A DNA stretch of 64,000 bases from Cyanidioschyzon merolae (taxonomy: Eukaryota): the NCBI GenBank assembly GCA_000091205.1, contig AP006485.2; one strand, written 5' to 3'. Each line of letters opens with the position of its first letter. The stretch's first letter is position 1. Positions 1 through 10,302 of the stretch are shown in pieces. The translations under genes and the position numbers were made by a program. The notes beneath the pieces are model-generated. The model did no database searches, was not told the origin of the DNA, and saw only the letters and a program-made list of their open reading frames with translations.

Positions 1-1096
1 TCAGAATGGACTTGTGCTCGACCAGCATCACTTGGCCATCGAAGGTCGTTGTCGCTTCAACGGGATCGTTCTCTGCACAGAGCACCTGGCCCGAATGAAT
101 ATCGTCTTCCTCGACGCCTTTCACAAGCAGCTTGACGTTGTCTCCGGGCTCAGCGAGCGGCACCTCCTCGGCATCCATTGTGATGCTCGTGACATGCACG
201 ACAAGTCGCGGTGGCATGAGCAGTAGCCGATCACCGCTGCGAATCGTACCGGCTTCGACTCGGCCTAGGATACAAACGCCCATATCTCGAAATCTGTCCA
301 CGACAGTCATGCGCACCGGCATATCCAGCGGCCGCGGTGGTAGTTTCAGTGCATCGAGCACTTGGAGCAGCGATCCGCCTTTGTACCATGCACACGTGCT
401 TGGATGAACCGGTTCGCGCAAATTCTCACCTGTGAAGCCGCTGACAGGTACCCAGCTGACCTCCTGCGGCCGATATCCAATCTGCTTCAGGAAGGGTGCC
501 AGTTTGTCGCATATCTCCCGAAAGCGCTCCTCGCTCCACTGCACGGTGGGTTCATCCATCTTGTTGATGACGACGATGAGTTGTCGCACACCAGCCGTTT
601 TTGCGAGCATAGCGTGCTCGCGGGTCTGTCCGCCTCGTTCGAAGCCGGCCTCGAACTCTCCCTTGCGGGCCGAAATCACCAGTATAGCCACATCAGCTTG
701 TCCGGTGCCTGAGATCATCGCCGGCACATAGGCCTTGTGGCCAGGCGCATCAATAATCGTGATATGTTTCGTTGCGGTTCGGAATGAAGCTACGCCATAA
801 TCCGTGGTTTTTCCTTTGCTTCGTTCCTGTTCGGTGAGATCGAGCGCCCAAGCGAACTTCCATGACTCGCGACCTTTGCTCTTCGCCTCCTTTTCGTATT
901 TCTCCAACGTGCGCTCGTCGAGGTTGCCAGTCAGGTAGAGCAGGTGGCCGCACAGTGTCGACTTGCCGGCGTCTACGTGTCCGATGAACACAATGTTCAA
1001 GTTTCGGACCCGTTCTGGTGACTCGGATCCTGGTCCTCTGCCGTTGTCGTCGAGGTGCAGCTCCTGCACACGCTCCGCAACTTGAGACGCTGCCAT
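1..1096 (-). CDS. eRF3/HBS1-family translational GTPase (start codon at 1094-1096; about 365 codons in window, 3' part runs past the window start)
   Basis: Minus-strand frame is open from the ATG at 1096 to position 1. G1 is NIVFIGHVDAGKSTLCGHLL, G3 is IIDAPGHKAY, G4 is VVINKMDEP, and ISARKGEFEAGFERGGQTREHAMLAKTAGV closely matches eRF3. The 6-frame track misses it because no stop lies inside the window. Confidence 0.85.
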   Translation of the reverse strand, partial: MAASQVAERVQELHLDDNGRGPGSESPERVRNLNIVFIGHVDAGKSTLCGHLLYLTGNLDERTLEKYEKEAKSKGRESWKFAWALDLTEQERSKGKTTDYGVASFRTATKHITIIDAPGHKAYVPAMISGTGQADVAILVISARKGEFEAGFERGGQTREHAMLAKTAGVRQLIVVINKMDEPTVQWSEERFREICDKLAPFLKQIGYRPQEVSWVPVSGFTGENLREPVHPSTCAWYKGGSLLQVLDALKLPPRPLDMPVRMTVVDRFRDMGVCILGRVEAGTIRSGDRLLLMPPRLVVHVTSITMDAEEVPLAEPGDNVKLLVKGVEEDDIHSGQVLCAENDPVEATTTFDGQVMLVEHKSIL

Positions 1097-1663
1097 AGAT
1101 AGTGCCTTTGAACAAAGCTGCTCTAGTCGAACGGTCAAAATGAGAATCCCGAGCGCTATCCGTACGAGCGCTGCTCTGTGGTCCGACCACGTTCTCTTCC
1201 TTCGCTGCACGGAAGAGTGTCCGGGCACGACGCGAAGCGAGGAATGCTTAAACTTCTAAGCACGGAATTTTCGTCTATTGTAAATAGAAGAGTATTTTAT
1301 AGAGCTACAATTGCGATGTGTAGTCTGGGTTTGAACGCAAAAGCACCGCTCACAGGTGATGCCCTGAGCGAGCCAGCAAGCTCTGATGCGAGCGTCTTCT
1401 TGTTGCTCGGGTCCTCAAAGCCTTGTACTACACTAAGCGTACGTACCAAGCAGTTAGTTCTATACCTGGAGTTCCACAGCAGCGCGAAGCGCTAACAAGA
1501 CCCTGCCGGACAAGAAAGTCGCCTTAATAGGTCGCTGGACAAAGATTGTCGCCGTGGCGAGGCCGCGCGGGTACGCACTCCAACTCCCAACAAAAGCTTT
1601 TATGCCAGTCTCTGTTCAACGGCTGTGTTGCTGCGCTTAAGCCCTAACAGGGATCACTGACTC

Positions 1664-3115
1664 GTGATCCTGGGTAGACTCCGTTCAAGACGTACCTTGC
1701 CGTGGGGTATGTTTGTGGGACTTCTCACAAGACGCAATCTACGACCCTTGCAGTCACTCGCCCGGAAACAAAGCCAGTTGGACACGTTTCGGAGCCGCAT
1801 GTCTTATTCGACTTTCTCTGGAGTGCCTGAGGCACCAAAGGACCCCATCTTAGGTCTGAATGAGCTTTTCCGTGAGGACCCTTCACCCCTTAAAGTAAAT
1901 CTGGGCGTCGGTGCGTACCGCACGGAAGAGAACAGGCCATACGTGCTCGGTGTTGTGAAACGAGTCGAACAAGAACTAGCAAATAATCCGAATACCCTGC
2001 ACGAGTATTTGCCGATCGAAGGCTTACCTGAATTTCGCTCCCTGTCAGCTCGCCTCGTATTTGGGGAGCGCTCACCGGCGCTCAAAGAGCAGCGAGTTGT
2101 CTCGCTACAAAGCCTGTCGGGAACAGGCTCGCTTCGCCTGGTCGCAGAGTTCCTCAGCAAGTTTTACCAGCGCGGCGCAGTCTGTTATCTGCCGCGCCCG
2201 ACCTGGGGGAACCACTGGAACATATTCCCAGCGGCGGGCATAAAGTGCCGCGAGTACCGGTATTACTCAGACGAGACCCATGAGGTCGACATCATCGGTC
2301 TCCTGGACGACCTAACTGCTGCACCGTCGGGCTCAATCGTGCTCCTTCACGCGTGTGCACATAATCCGACGGGAGCAGACCCTTCCATGACACAGTGGCA
2401 AGAGATCTTGGACGTCATCCGAAAGAAACAACATTTTCCGTTATTTGACTGCGCTTACCAAGGCTTCGCCTCGGGCTCTTTTGAGCGCGATGCGGCAGCT
2501 GTTCGCTTGTTTGAACGCGCTACAGTACCGGCTTCCGAAGCGGATGGTGCCAGAGAGCGACCCATGGAGATGGCGGTGACGCAGTCGTTTGCGAAAAATA
2601 TGGGACTTTACGGAGAGCGCGTCGGCGCAGCTCATATTGTCTGTGCTGCTCCGGCAGTAACGCAAGCCGTGCTCAGCCAAATGAAGCAGATAGCGCGCGG
2701 GCTCTATTCGAGTCCACCGGCACATGGTGCGACGATAGCAGCGAGAATTCTGAAAGATCGTGCGCTTTTTGCGGAATGGGAAACCGAAGTGCATGTGATG
2801 AGTAGTCGTATTCTACGCATGCGTCGTGAGCTCTTTGAGGCGCTGCATGAAAACAAAACGCCCGGAAATTGGGAGCATATTCTCTCCCAAATCGGCATGT
2901 TCAGTTTCCTGGGGCTGAGTGCGGAACAATGCCTTTATCTCCGGGAAAAGTACCATATATATATGACGACGAATGGGAGAATATCAATGGCCGGTCTCAC
3001 TTCAGACAAGGTACAGTACCTAGCGGATGCTATCAGGGATGCAGTCGTGCGTGAGGCCGAAAAGTTTGAGCATCAATCCGGCATTCAAGCTGCGCTAAAC
3101 AGCGGTAAGATATAA
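1664..3115 (+). CDS. Aspartate aminotransferase (class I PLP aminotransferase); likely start at M46 (1799); the 45-aa Arg-rich N-terminal extension may be a mitochondrial presequence
   Basis: GVGAYRTEENRPYVLGVVKRVEQEL is present. The PLP-lysine motif reads SFAKNMGLYGERVG and SSPPAHGA is present. There is an insertion near ERATVPASEADGARERPMEMA and a C-terminal extension. Confidence 0.85.
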   Translation: MILGRLRSRRTLPWGMFVGLLTRRNLRPLQSLARKQSQLDTFRSRMSYSTFSGVPEAPKDPILGLNELFREDPSPLKVNLGVGAYRTEENRPYVLGVVKRVEQELANNPNTLHEYLPIEGLPEFRSLSARLVFGERSPALKEQRVVSLQSLSGTGSLRLVAEFLSKFYQRGAVCYLPRPTWGNHWNIFPAAGIKCREYRYYSDETHEVDIIGLLDDLTAAPSGSIVLLHACAHNPTGADPSMTQWQEILDVIRKKQHFPLFDCAYQGFASGSFERDAAAVRLFERATVPASEADGARERPMEMAVTQSFAKNMGLYGERVGAAHIVCAAPAVTQAVLSQMKQIARGLYSSPPAHGATIAARILKDRALFAEWETEVHVMSSRILRMRRELFEALHENKTPGNWEHILSQIGMFSFLGLSAEQCLYLREKYHIYMTTNGRISMAGLTSDKVQYLADAIRDAVVREAEKFEHQSGIQAALNSGKI

Positions 3116-3654
3116 GAGATAAATTTTGGCGGAGTACACACTGGTTTGGTGTTTTGCCACACGGCAACGGAACGAAGCACCGTTCCCGTCACGTCCAGCT
3201 AGACCGATCATCAGGTGCCGTGGAGCCATGATTCGTGAACGGATGCGTCGGTTTTGGTTGCCAGCGTCTACAGCAAAGGCGCGTAACGACGCGAGCGAGA
3301 GCGTCGACCCTGCATCCCGTGTGTGCACGGGACGTCGCGCGCATCTCAGGTGCCCTGTGGCAGCGAGTACCATGTAGTCAACCCCGAGGACTTGCTCCAT
3401 AGATCCTAGCCGGTAACGAATACTGCAGTTAGCGCCTTGCGTGGACCACAGCTCGCGTCTGGGAGAAAAAATCTTTCATGAAAGGTGGTCACAGAAACTA
3501 GACGCTGGTGAGCTTTCTGAATAGTCCACGCCTTTCTTTCATAGAATAGATGCTTCCAGAGAAGCGAATGACTTCTTTTGCTTGCATGCCACCAACAGAG
3601 TTCAATGGATTTTTCGTATGTTTGCAGTGAATCATTACCAACACCAGCGAAAGC

Positions 3655-3730
3655 ACCGCGAGCATCACCATCATCACCCATATTGTAATTATCATCATCA
3701 TCATCATCACCATTAGCAGCAGCAGCAGCA
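3655..3730. repeat. Simple sequence (CAT/CAC/CAG triplet-rich; His/Asp/Gln homopolymer-coding on either strand)
   Basis: catcaccatcatcacc...atcatcatcatcatcatcaccattagcagcagcagcagc. Confidence 0.7.
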
Positions 3731-4554
3731 TGCACCTTCATTGCAACCAAGGGTGCCCATTGCCTCCAACAGAGCTGCCATTTCTTGCACAGCATGCGTG
3801 ACGCGCATGCGTGGCGGCGCAGCGCTGGCGGATCAGTTGCACGCATGCGATGCGCCATATCGTCGTCAGGGCCCTACATCTCCATCATGGACAAAAAGGT
3901 AAAGCGATACAGTCCAACACCTCCGTCAAGAACAAAAAAGAACGTAAGAATGTGCTGAGCGTTGATGGACGCTCGGTCCGATACCGATGACAATCACGAT
4001 ATCAGGGATCGATGGTCAATGGAAACCTTTTGACATCAGAAAAAAATTGCCTCATCGCCGATTGCGGTGTCGATCGACATCCACTTGTCTTTTTTTTCAA
4101 GATATATACATTTATGTCTAGATAGAAAGTGGCGTTCAGCGGCCGCGTAGCAGGGCGTGCACGCGCGCGCCGGCGCATCCACTCCCGTCGCAGCGATGCA
4201 TCGACGCTGCGGCGCGATGGACGGCATCGCTCGAGAAGCGTCAGTTAAGCGCCGGCTAAGTCCACTGGGCGCTCTGGACCTGAACGCTTCTATGGTCTTT
4301 GTGCCGATCACATCGGTTCAAGAGGCAAAGCATATTTTTCGTCATAGAAATAGCAGATCAACGAGTCAACTTTGTGCTTGTCGGTTCGCCTTGGCTCGGG
4401 CTTTCGTGTCTACGCAAGATAAAACGTGCTTTGTACCTGGTAGACCGTGTGTGCTCAAGGAAAAGTCAGCGCACACCGGCACTCTGAGACGCTCTCGGTT
4501 ACAGCGGGGGTTCTGTTGCGCTCAGGTCGAAGCAACAACGGTACATTCTGATTC

Positions 4555-6205
4555 GATGAGGAAAACGAACTCAACTTCAGTCATGGGGAACGGCGCTGTC
4601 GGGGCGCTGACGGGGAGAGTTCTCGTTCCCGAGAAGCTCGACAGCGACGGCGTAGCGCTGCTCGAGAGAGCCGGTCTGGAAGTAGTGTGCAAGTACGACT
4701 TGACAGAAGATGAGTTAAGCGCTGTTCTTGGTGACTTTGACGCACTGATCGTTCGATCCGGTACCAAAGTGACGCGTTCCCTTCTCGAGAAAGCGAACGC
4801 TACGCGTCTGCGTGTCATCGGACGGGCCGGCGTTGGTGTCGATAATATCGACCTGGCGGCAGCCTCCGAACGGGGAATCGTTGTTGTGAACGCACCTACG
4901 GGCAACTGTATTGCTGCTGCTGAGCATACGGTTGCGTTGCTTCTGGCGCTGGCCCGCAACATTGCCGCCGCGGACGCTACAATCAAAGGTGATCAGTGGA
5001 ATCGGAATAAATTTGTAGGCGTTTCCCTTGTGGATAAGACCCTTGGTGTATGTGGTTTTGGAAGAATTGGTCGAGAGGTTGCACGTCGCTGTCGGGCGCT
5101 GGGAATGCGTATATTGGCCTACGATCCCTACTGTGCTGTCGAGGTGACACGCGCCGTCGGTGCCGAGCTCTGCAGCTCCCTCGATGAACTTCTTCGTGTT
5201 TCAGACTTTGTTACCGTGCACATGCCCCTGACAGAGTCCACGGAAAATATGATCGATCGGAATGCGCTCTCTAAGTGCAAGGATGGAGTGCGGATTCTGA
5301 ACGTCGCCCGCGGCGGCATCGTCGACGAGGTCGCTCTGTTGGAGGCGCTGGAATCCGGCAAAGTCGCAGGAGCCGCGTTAGACGTTTTTGTTCAGGAGCC
5401 TCCACACAAATATCCCGGAAGTCCATCAGAGAAGGTTGCGAAACATCCCCGGGTGGTCGCGACACCGCACCTGGGAGCCAGCACTGTCGAGGCACAACTC
5501 GATGTGGCCCTTGAAGTAGCCGAGGCGGTCATCACAGCGCTGCGGGGTGACTTTGCGCCAACAACAGTGAATGCTCCATCGCTTCCTTCGGAGATGCTTT
5601 CGACTTTGAAGCCAGTTGCCGAGCTCGCAAAGGACTTGGGAAAGTTGGCGGCTGCCTTTAGTGACCGCATTCACGAAGTGAGCATCACATACGCCTTTCG
5701 TGATGCTGAGAAGCGGAATGCCACTCGCTTTCTGCGCGCTTCTGTGCTTCAAGGCCTCCTTGGGCAGACCTCGGCAGTGCCGATCAATTACGTGAACGCA
5801 GATGTGGTTGCGGAGCGTCGAGGCATCACCTGGACGGAGGTTTTACTCTCCAGCATCGAAACCAGCGATGCAGAGTTTCTGCGTTTGGAAGTGAATCGCC
5901 ATGTCTACGAAGGCCGTGTAACTTCGGGGATGCCTCGGGTAACGCGCATCGACAATTTCGATATTGACATTTGCCTGAACGGCCGTGTACTCGCGTACGA
6001 ACAAATCGATCGACCGGGCATGATCGGTCTCGTAGGCTCTATTCTAGGTGATGCTGGAGTGAACATCAGCTTCATGACACTAGGTCGCGATGACAAAGTC
6101 GGACGGGCGCTGGTCCTCCTCGGGGTGGACTCAGAGCCGGAACCGTCAACGCTCGATGCCATCGCATCCAAAATTGGGTATCGTCCGCGAATGATGTTCT
6201 TCTGA
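4555..6205 (+). CDS. D-3-phosphoglycerate dehydrogenase, long form with ASB and ACT domains (ORF opens at 4157; probable start is Met at 4555 or 4582)
   Basis: The GxGxxG NAD site reads GVCGFGRIGREVA. The catalytic region contains NVARGG and ATPHLGAST. The C-terminal ACT-like part contains GMIGLVGSILGDAGVNISFMTLGR. Confidence 0.85.
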
Positions 6206-7099
6206 GGTGTTGTATACGTTGCAAAAGATGTAAGTGATGTACCATAGAAGCCGAGATGATCGCCGATTACAAACAAGGGTGTTCCAAACCCAAGGCGATC
6301 ACAAATCGAGATACGATCCATGAATCCAAGGCGAGCTCCATCGTAAATGCACCCGTTTTACAAGTTCATGTACTGGTCGCTCTTGCATTCGCGTGGTGTC
6401 CGAATGCTCTATATTGAGCAACTGCTTTCCTTTCTCTATAATGTTGGAAATGCCTGGATGACCAGATGCTCTGGGTTGCACGGCTGCTGTCGGTAACCGG
6501 TGAGCAGACGCTTGGCCTGGAAGGTGAGCGCTGCGGCCTCGGTGGCAGCGGAGCGCGTTCGCAGGTACAGTGCGAGCCCAGTTGCAAAGAATTCCAGGTT
6601 TTCTTCATGGGAGTCCGATGATCCTAATCGCATTTCCCCCGGTAACGCTCACACTACTGGAACATACGCAGCGGAGCGCCCGCACCGACGGTTCGTCGAC
6701 ATCGTCTTCCAATCAACGACGAGTCTTCAATTTGTCTGCTTTATTTGGGCAAGCAGCCTACCTCTTTCTCGCTAAACATGCTATTAAGAAGTATGCACGT
6801 TGACTTGTCGATCAAAACGACCTGGTTAAAACAACACCCAACCTATTTATGAAAGATGCGAAGCGTTCCGGCACCCGCCGTAAACCGCCAGCCCGGTGAC
6901 CAGCTTCGCTTGCATGGCACCCCCGGTACCAAGACCTTGACTCGACGAGTTCCTACGCCGCATCCCGAGCACCCAGAACGTGCCCTGATCGGTAGCCAGT
7001 GCCTGAGCAGCGACGGAATACACTTGGCACAGCTCCAAACAATCCAAAAGACGAGTCCAGTGCCCGGGGTGCTGCTTCTACGCCTCAGCGCGAACCGCT

Positions 7100-8488
7100 C
7101 TACTTCTGCAAGTCGATACGGCTATAGCGCGCTCCTAATCGTGTGGCTTTCTGATAGAGATCCGCAAAAGCATTCCCGAACCCCTTATCTCCCAAGTTGC
7201 CCAGAGTGTCTACCGCTTTCGTTGCGTCTGCATCTGCAGCGATTGAGAATTCTGTTGCATTCTGTGCTTCGTGCCGATGCAGGCGGCTTGCAAGTTCTCG
7301 CAGAAAACGAGTGCTGAAGCGGTCCTTGCCGAGCGTCAACGAACGCACGGAGGTGTTCACGGCCACTGTCCTCGAGGCAGCAGGATCGCTGCGCGCTCGA
7401 CCGTACGTTACGGTGGCGATGTCCTCTGAGAGAATCGGCCCTGTTGACGAGGAACGCTCACCTCGGGCGGCAGTGCCTCGTGACGGGGCGGACGACCCCA
7501 GCGACTCTTCGAGACGCCTCAGTTCGCCAAGCGCTCCGATTATAAGGAGGCCTGCACGCGTTTGCTGCTCCCTATCATTCCTGGACACAAGGCCGGATCG
7601 CGTCAGAAGCACGCGCATGTCTTCTAGTCCCAGAGCGGCGTCGTTGTCGCTGGCATTGTCCTCGATGCCGTGCAGGAAGCGCCAGTAAGCCGGAACATCC
7701 TGAAGACGCTGCCAAACGAGTTGTTGTCTTTCTGCCGGTGCGTCCTCTCTGCCGTTCTGGACGCGTAATCGCGGACCTCCAGTAAGCTCCATTGCCACGA
7801 CGCCAGCGTAGGCTATGGTATCGGCCCAGGATACCTCTTTTATGAAAGGACGAATAGGCTCCAATGCCTTCAGCGCTTCTTGTAACCCCGATAGACCAGG
7901 TGCGCTGGCAGTCTTCCTAGGGCCGTTCTCTTGCAGCTTCGCCAAAACGTATCGAATAGAGGCGTTGCTACCCCCGACCTGGGTACTTTCGTCGAAGGTG
8001 AAGGCATCGGCAAGCGCCAAGCGTACGAAAGGTTCCAATAAGTGCGGCGACTGGGATAGAACGTTTCTTAAGTTCTGTTTCAGCCGGTTCAGGGTTGAAA
8101 CTCTGATTTCCTTATCTCCGTACCGGTTGACATCAAAGTCCACAAACGCGTGGGCAATCGGAAGCTGTCCGTCCCGAAGCGTCTCGGTTTGCGCGAGAAG
8201 GCAACCAGTGGAGAGCGCAAGCAGCGTGCGCAGGAACGCACGTCGAGAGGGCTCTACTGCAGACCGCCAACACAGACGCTGCGTTTGACGAGTGCCCGTG
8301 AAACGAAGCCGACTCGCACGCCATAGACGTATGCTATTCCGTCCAGTGCCTTGACCAAAGCTTGCTGATGAAGAACCGGTACGGGTCCAGTTACCACATG
8401 TGAACGCAAACGCCGGTTCCTGTGTCCGAAAAAGTGCCTCTTGGTGGCTCACGGCTGACGAGCACTCGAGCGGCGAGGCCTTCTCCAT
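7100..8488 (-). CDS. Class I heme peroxidase (ascorbate peroxidase) fold protein with both catalytic histidines substituted; long N- and C-terminal extensions
   Basis: VSWADTIAYAGVVAMELTGGPRLRVQNGREDAPAE matches APX ([34 protein letters not shown]). FGNAFADLYQKATRLG matches FFADYAEAHLKLSELG. The distal motif RLAWHSAG reads RLALADAF, and the proximal GGHTIG region reads SGLVSRN. Confidence 0.7.
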   Translation of the reverse strand: MEKASPLECSSAVSHQEALFRTQEPAFAFTCGNWTRTGSSSASFGQGTGRNSIRLWRASRLRFTGTRQTQRLCWRSAVEPSRRAFLRTLLALSTGCLLAQTETLRDGQLPIAHAFVDFDVNRYGDKEIRVSTLNRLKQNLRNVLSQSPHLLEPFVRLALADAFTFDESTQVGGSNASIRYVLAKLQENGPRKTASAPGLSGLQEALKALEPIRPFIKEVSWADTIAYAGVVAMELTGGPRLRVQNGREDAPAERQQLVWQRLQDVPAYWRFLHGIEDNASDNDAALGLEDMRVLLTRSGLVSRNDREQQTRAGLLIIGALGELRRLEESLGSSAPSRGTAARGERSSSTGPILSEDIATVTYGRARSDPAASRTVAVNTSVRSLTLGKDRFSTRFLRELASRLHRHEAQNATEFSIAADADATKAVDTLGNLGDKGFGNAFADLYQKATRLGARYSRIDLQK

Positions 8489-8932
8489 AGACTCGAACAG
8501 CTCACTCCTTCAGAAGCGACCTGTAGTACCGAACCCTGCCCTGGTTCACTGGTGAAAGAGCACCGCTGTTCCAGAATACCTGAAGGCGCCGCTGCGAAAA
8601 GCGTTCGATGTTGCGTGGTATGCAGTGAACGGCGCGCTCGAGTTCTACAGTGTGTCTGCCGCTTAGCCGCGGTGCAGCGTATGCTCCATAGCGCTCATAC
8701 TTCGCCCAGTATACTTGTAGGAGGTTCAACTGAACCGACCAAGACGCCCTTAACCGGCTGACGTATTCGAAAGCGTTTCCGAGCGTTGCTCCAGAGGTCA
8801 GAGTTGGCTACTGCAGGCTGCGTTGCGATCTGGAAGCAGGGCTGCTTCCAGGTGCCCGAGCTCTTGTGCTTCATTATCTAGCAAGAGCCTTCACTCCGAC
8901 GCATCTTCTACTGTCAAGTAGCTCTGGGGTTT

Positions 8933-10105
8933 TTGGCAACTGTAGTGCCTCTGTGTCGCATGGCGCCTACTGGCTCTCCAAACGAAGTGTGCGCGGGCCT
9001 ACTCGCAGTGCCAAGAACGTTGCCAACGATACCGATAGCGCAAATAGAGCCATTCGAGCTGCCAGGGTTCCGCGTGGGTACCCTGGACTCCCTGCTCGCT
9101 TTATCGGAGACGCTTTGCCGCCACGACAGCGCAGCGTCTCAACTGGCCGTGAAGATCGCGCAGGAGTTCCCAGCCGAGTTCTCGTTATCCACTGATGGCT
9201 TGAGGGTACCACTGCGTGCATACTGTCCCTTCCGCTGGAATCAAGCCAAATACGGCTCAGTCGAACAGTGTCCACTAGCGCAACTATTTCAGTTCGTCTG
9301 GCGACAGGTAGAAGAGCTCGAACAGGGTTTTCGCACCCGCCACGAGCAGTACGCCGCAGCGAAACAGAACTGGCAAGCACTGGAACAAGCTTACTCGGGT
9401 GGACTGAGCTATCGACCGCTGTCAAGTATCGTTAGACCCGAGCAGATACTCGAAACAGAGCACCTCCTGACGGTGTTTCTCCTGCTCAAGGCCCGGGACG
9501 AGGATACGTTTCTGCGCACGTACGAAAGCTCAACACCGCATGTGGTGCCCCGCAGCGCAACCCTGCTTGCCCGCGACGATGAAGAAGTGCTGTATAGCGT
9601 AGTCGTATTCCGAAAAGGCCTCACGGAGTTTGTTCGAGCTGCGCGAGAACGTCGCTATCAAGTACGAGAGTACCAATCTGAGGCAGATTCCACACAGGGC
9701 AGCCTCGAGGAACGGCTTGCAAAGGCACGAATACACTGGCAGCAGCTTGGTCATGCATTCCGGGAATGGATAACAGAAGCGTATGCGGAGTGCATCGACG
9801 CGCTCGTTCACTTGAAGGTGCTGCGTCTGTTCGTAGAGGGTGTTCTTCGGTACGGAGTTCCGGTCTCCTTCGCCGCTGGATGGATTTTGTATGATCGTTC
9901 GAAGATACAAAAAATCCGAAAGACGCTCCAGCAAGCGCTACACACACCCGAGCATCGACAGATTCTGCGACATGTATACCGCGAAGCCGGCGAACAGATA
10001 GAGATGCCGTCGATTCCTGGGCTCTCAGCAGCAGATATGGAACTGCCATACGACGAGGATGCTTTCGTGTGGCTCCCAGTGGACGATGCGATTTTTCGGC
10101 AGTAG
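8933..10105 (+). CDS. V-type H+-ATPase subunit C (V1 C)
   Basis: VGTLDSLLALSETL, VVPRSATLL, VVVFRKGLTEFVRAARERRYQVREYQ and HLKVLRLFVEGVLRYGVPVSF align to ATP6V1C/Vma5. Confidence 0.85.
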   Translation: MATVVPLCRMAPTGSPNEVCAGLLAVPRTLPTIPIAQIEPFELPGFRVGTLDSLLALSETLCRHDSAASQLAVKIAQEFPAEFSLSTDGLRVPLRAYCPFRWNQAKYGSVEQCPLAQLFQFVWRQVEELEQGFRTRHEQYAAAKQNWQALEQAYSGGLSYRPLSSIVRPEQILETEHLLTVFLLLKARDEDTFLRTYESSTPHVVPRSATLLARDDEEVLYSVVVFRKGLTEFVRAARERRYQVREYQSEADSTQGSLEERLAKARIHWQQLGHAFREWITEAYAECIDALVHLKVLRLFVEGVLRYGVPVSFAAGWILYDRSKIQKIRKTLQQALHTPEHRQILRHVYREAGEQIEMPSIPGLSAADMELPYDEDAFVWLPVDDAIFRQ

Positions 10106-10302
10106 ACGATCCTATGCCTGAGATGCCTTACGCCAAGCGGGGAGCATCCTTTTAGTTGCAGTGTCGCGCTTTGTCGAAGGCGAGGAGCATTGGACGGCGT
10201 ACTTTTCAGGTTCGGTGGTACGCGAGCATTCCGCTGCATTGCATCTTCTACATTCGTGTTCGAATAAAATGGGACGGACCCTGAACCTGGGCGTAAACGC
10301 TG

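Noticed and set aside
3406-3858. 150-aa minus ORF encoding a poly-Asp and 77-aa ORF encoding a poly-Met/Val run
   Set aside because: Generated by the CAT/CAC/CAG simple-sequence tract at 3655-3730. It lies in the intergenic region between the AAT and PHGDH genes.
4157-4554. 132-codon N-terminal extension of the PHGDH ORF
   Set aside because: No similarity to PHGDH. It is Arg/Cys-rich, and a good Met lies right before the conserved N-terminus. It is most likely 5' leader translated only because the frame stays open.
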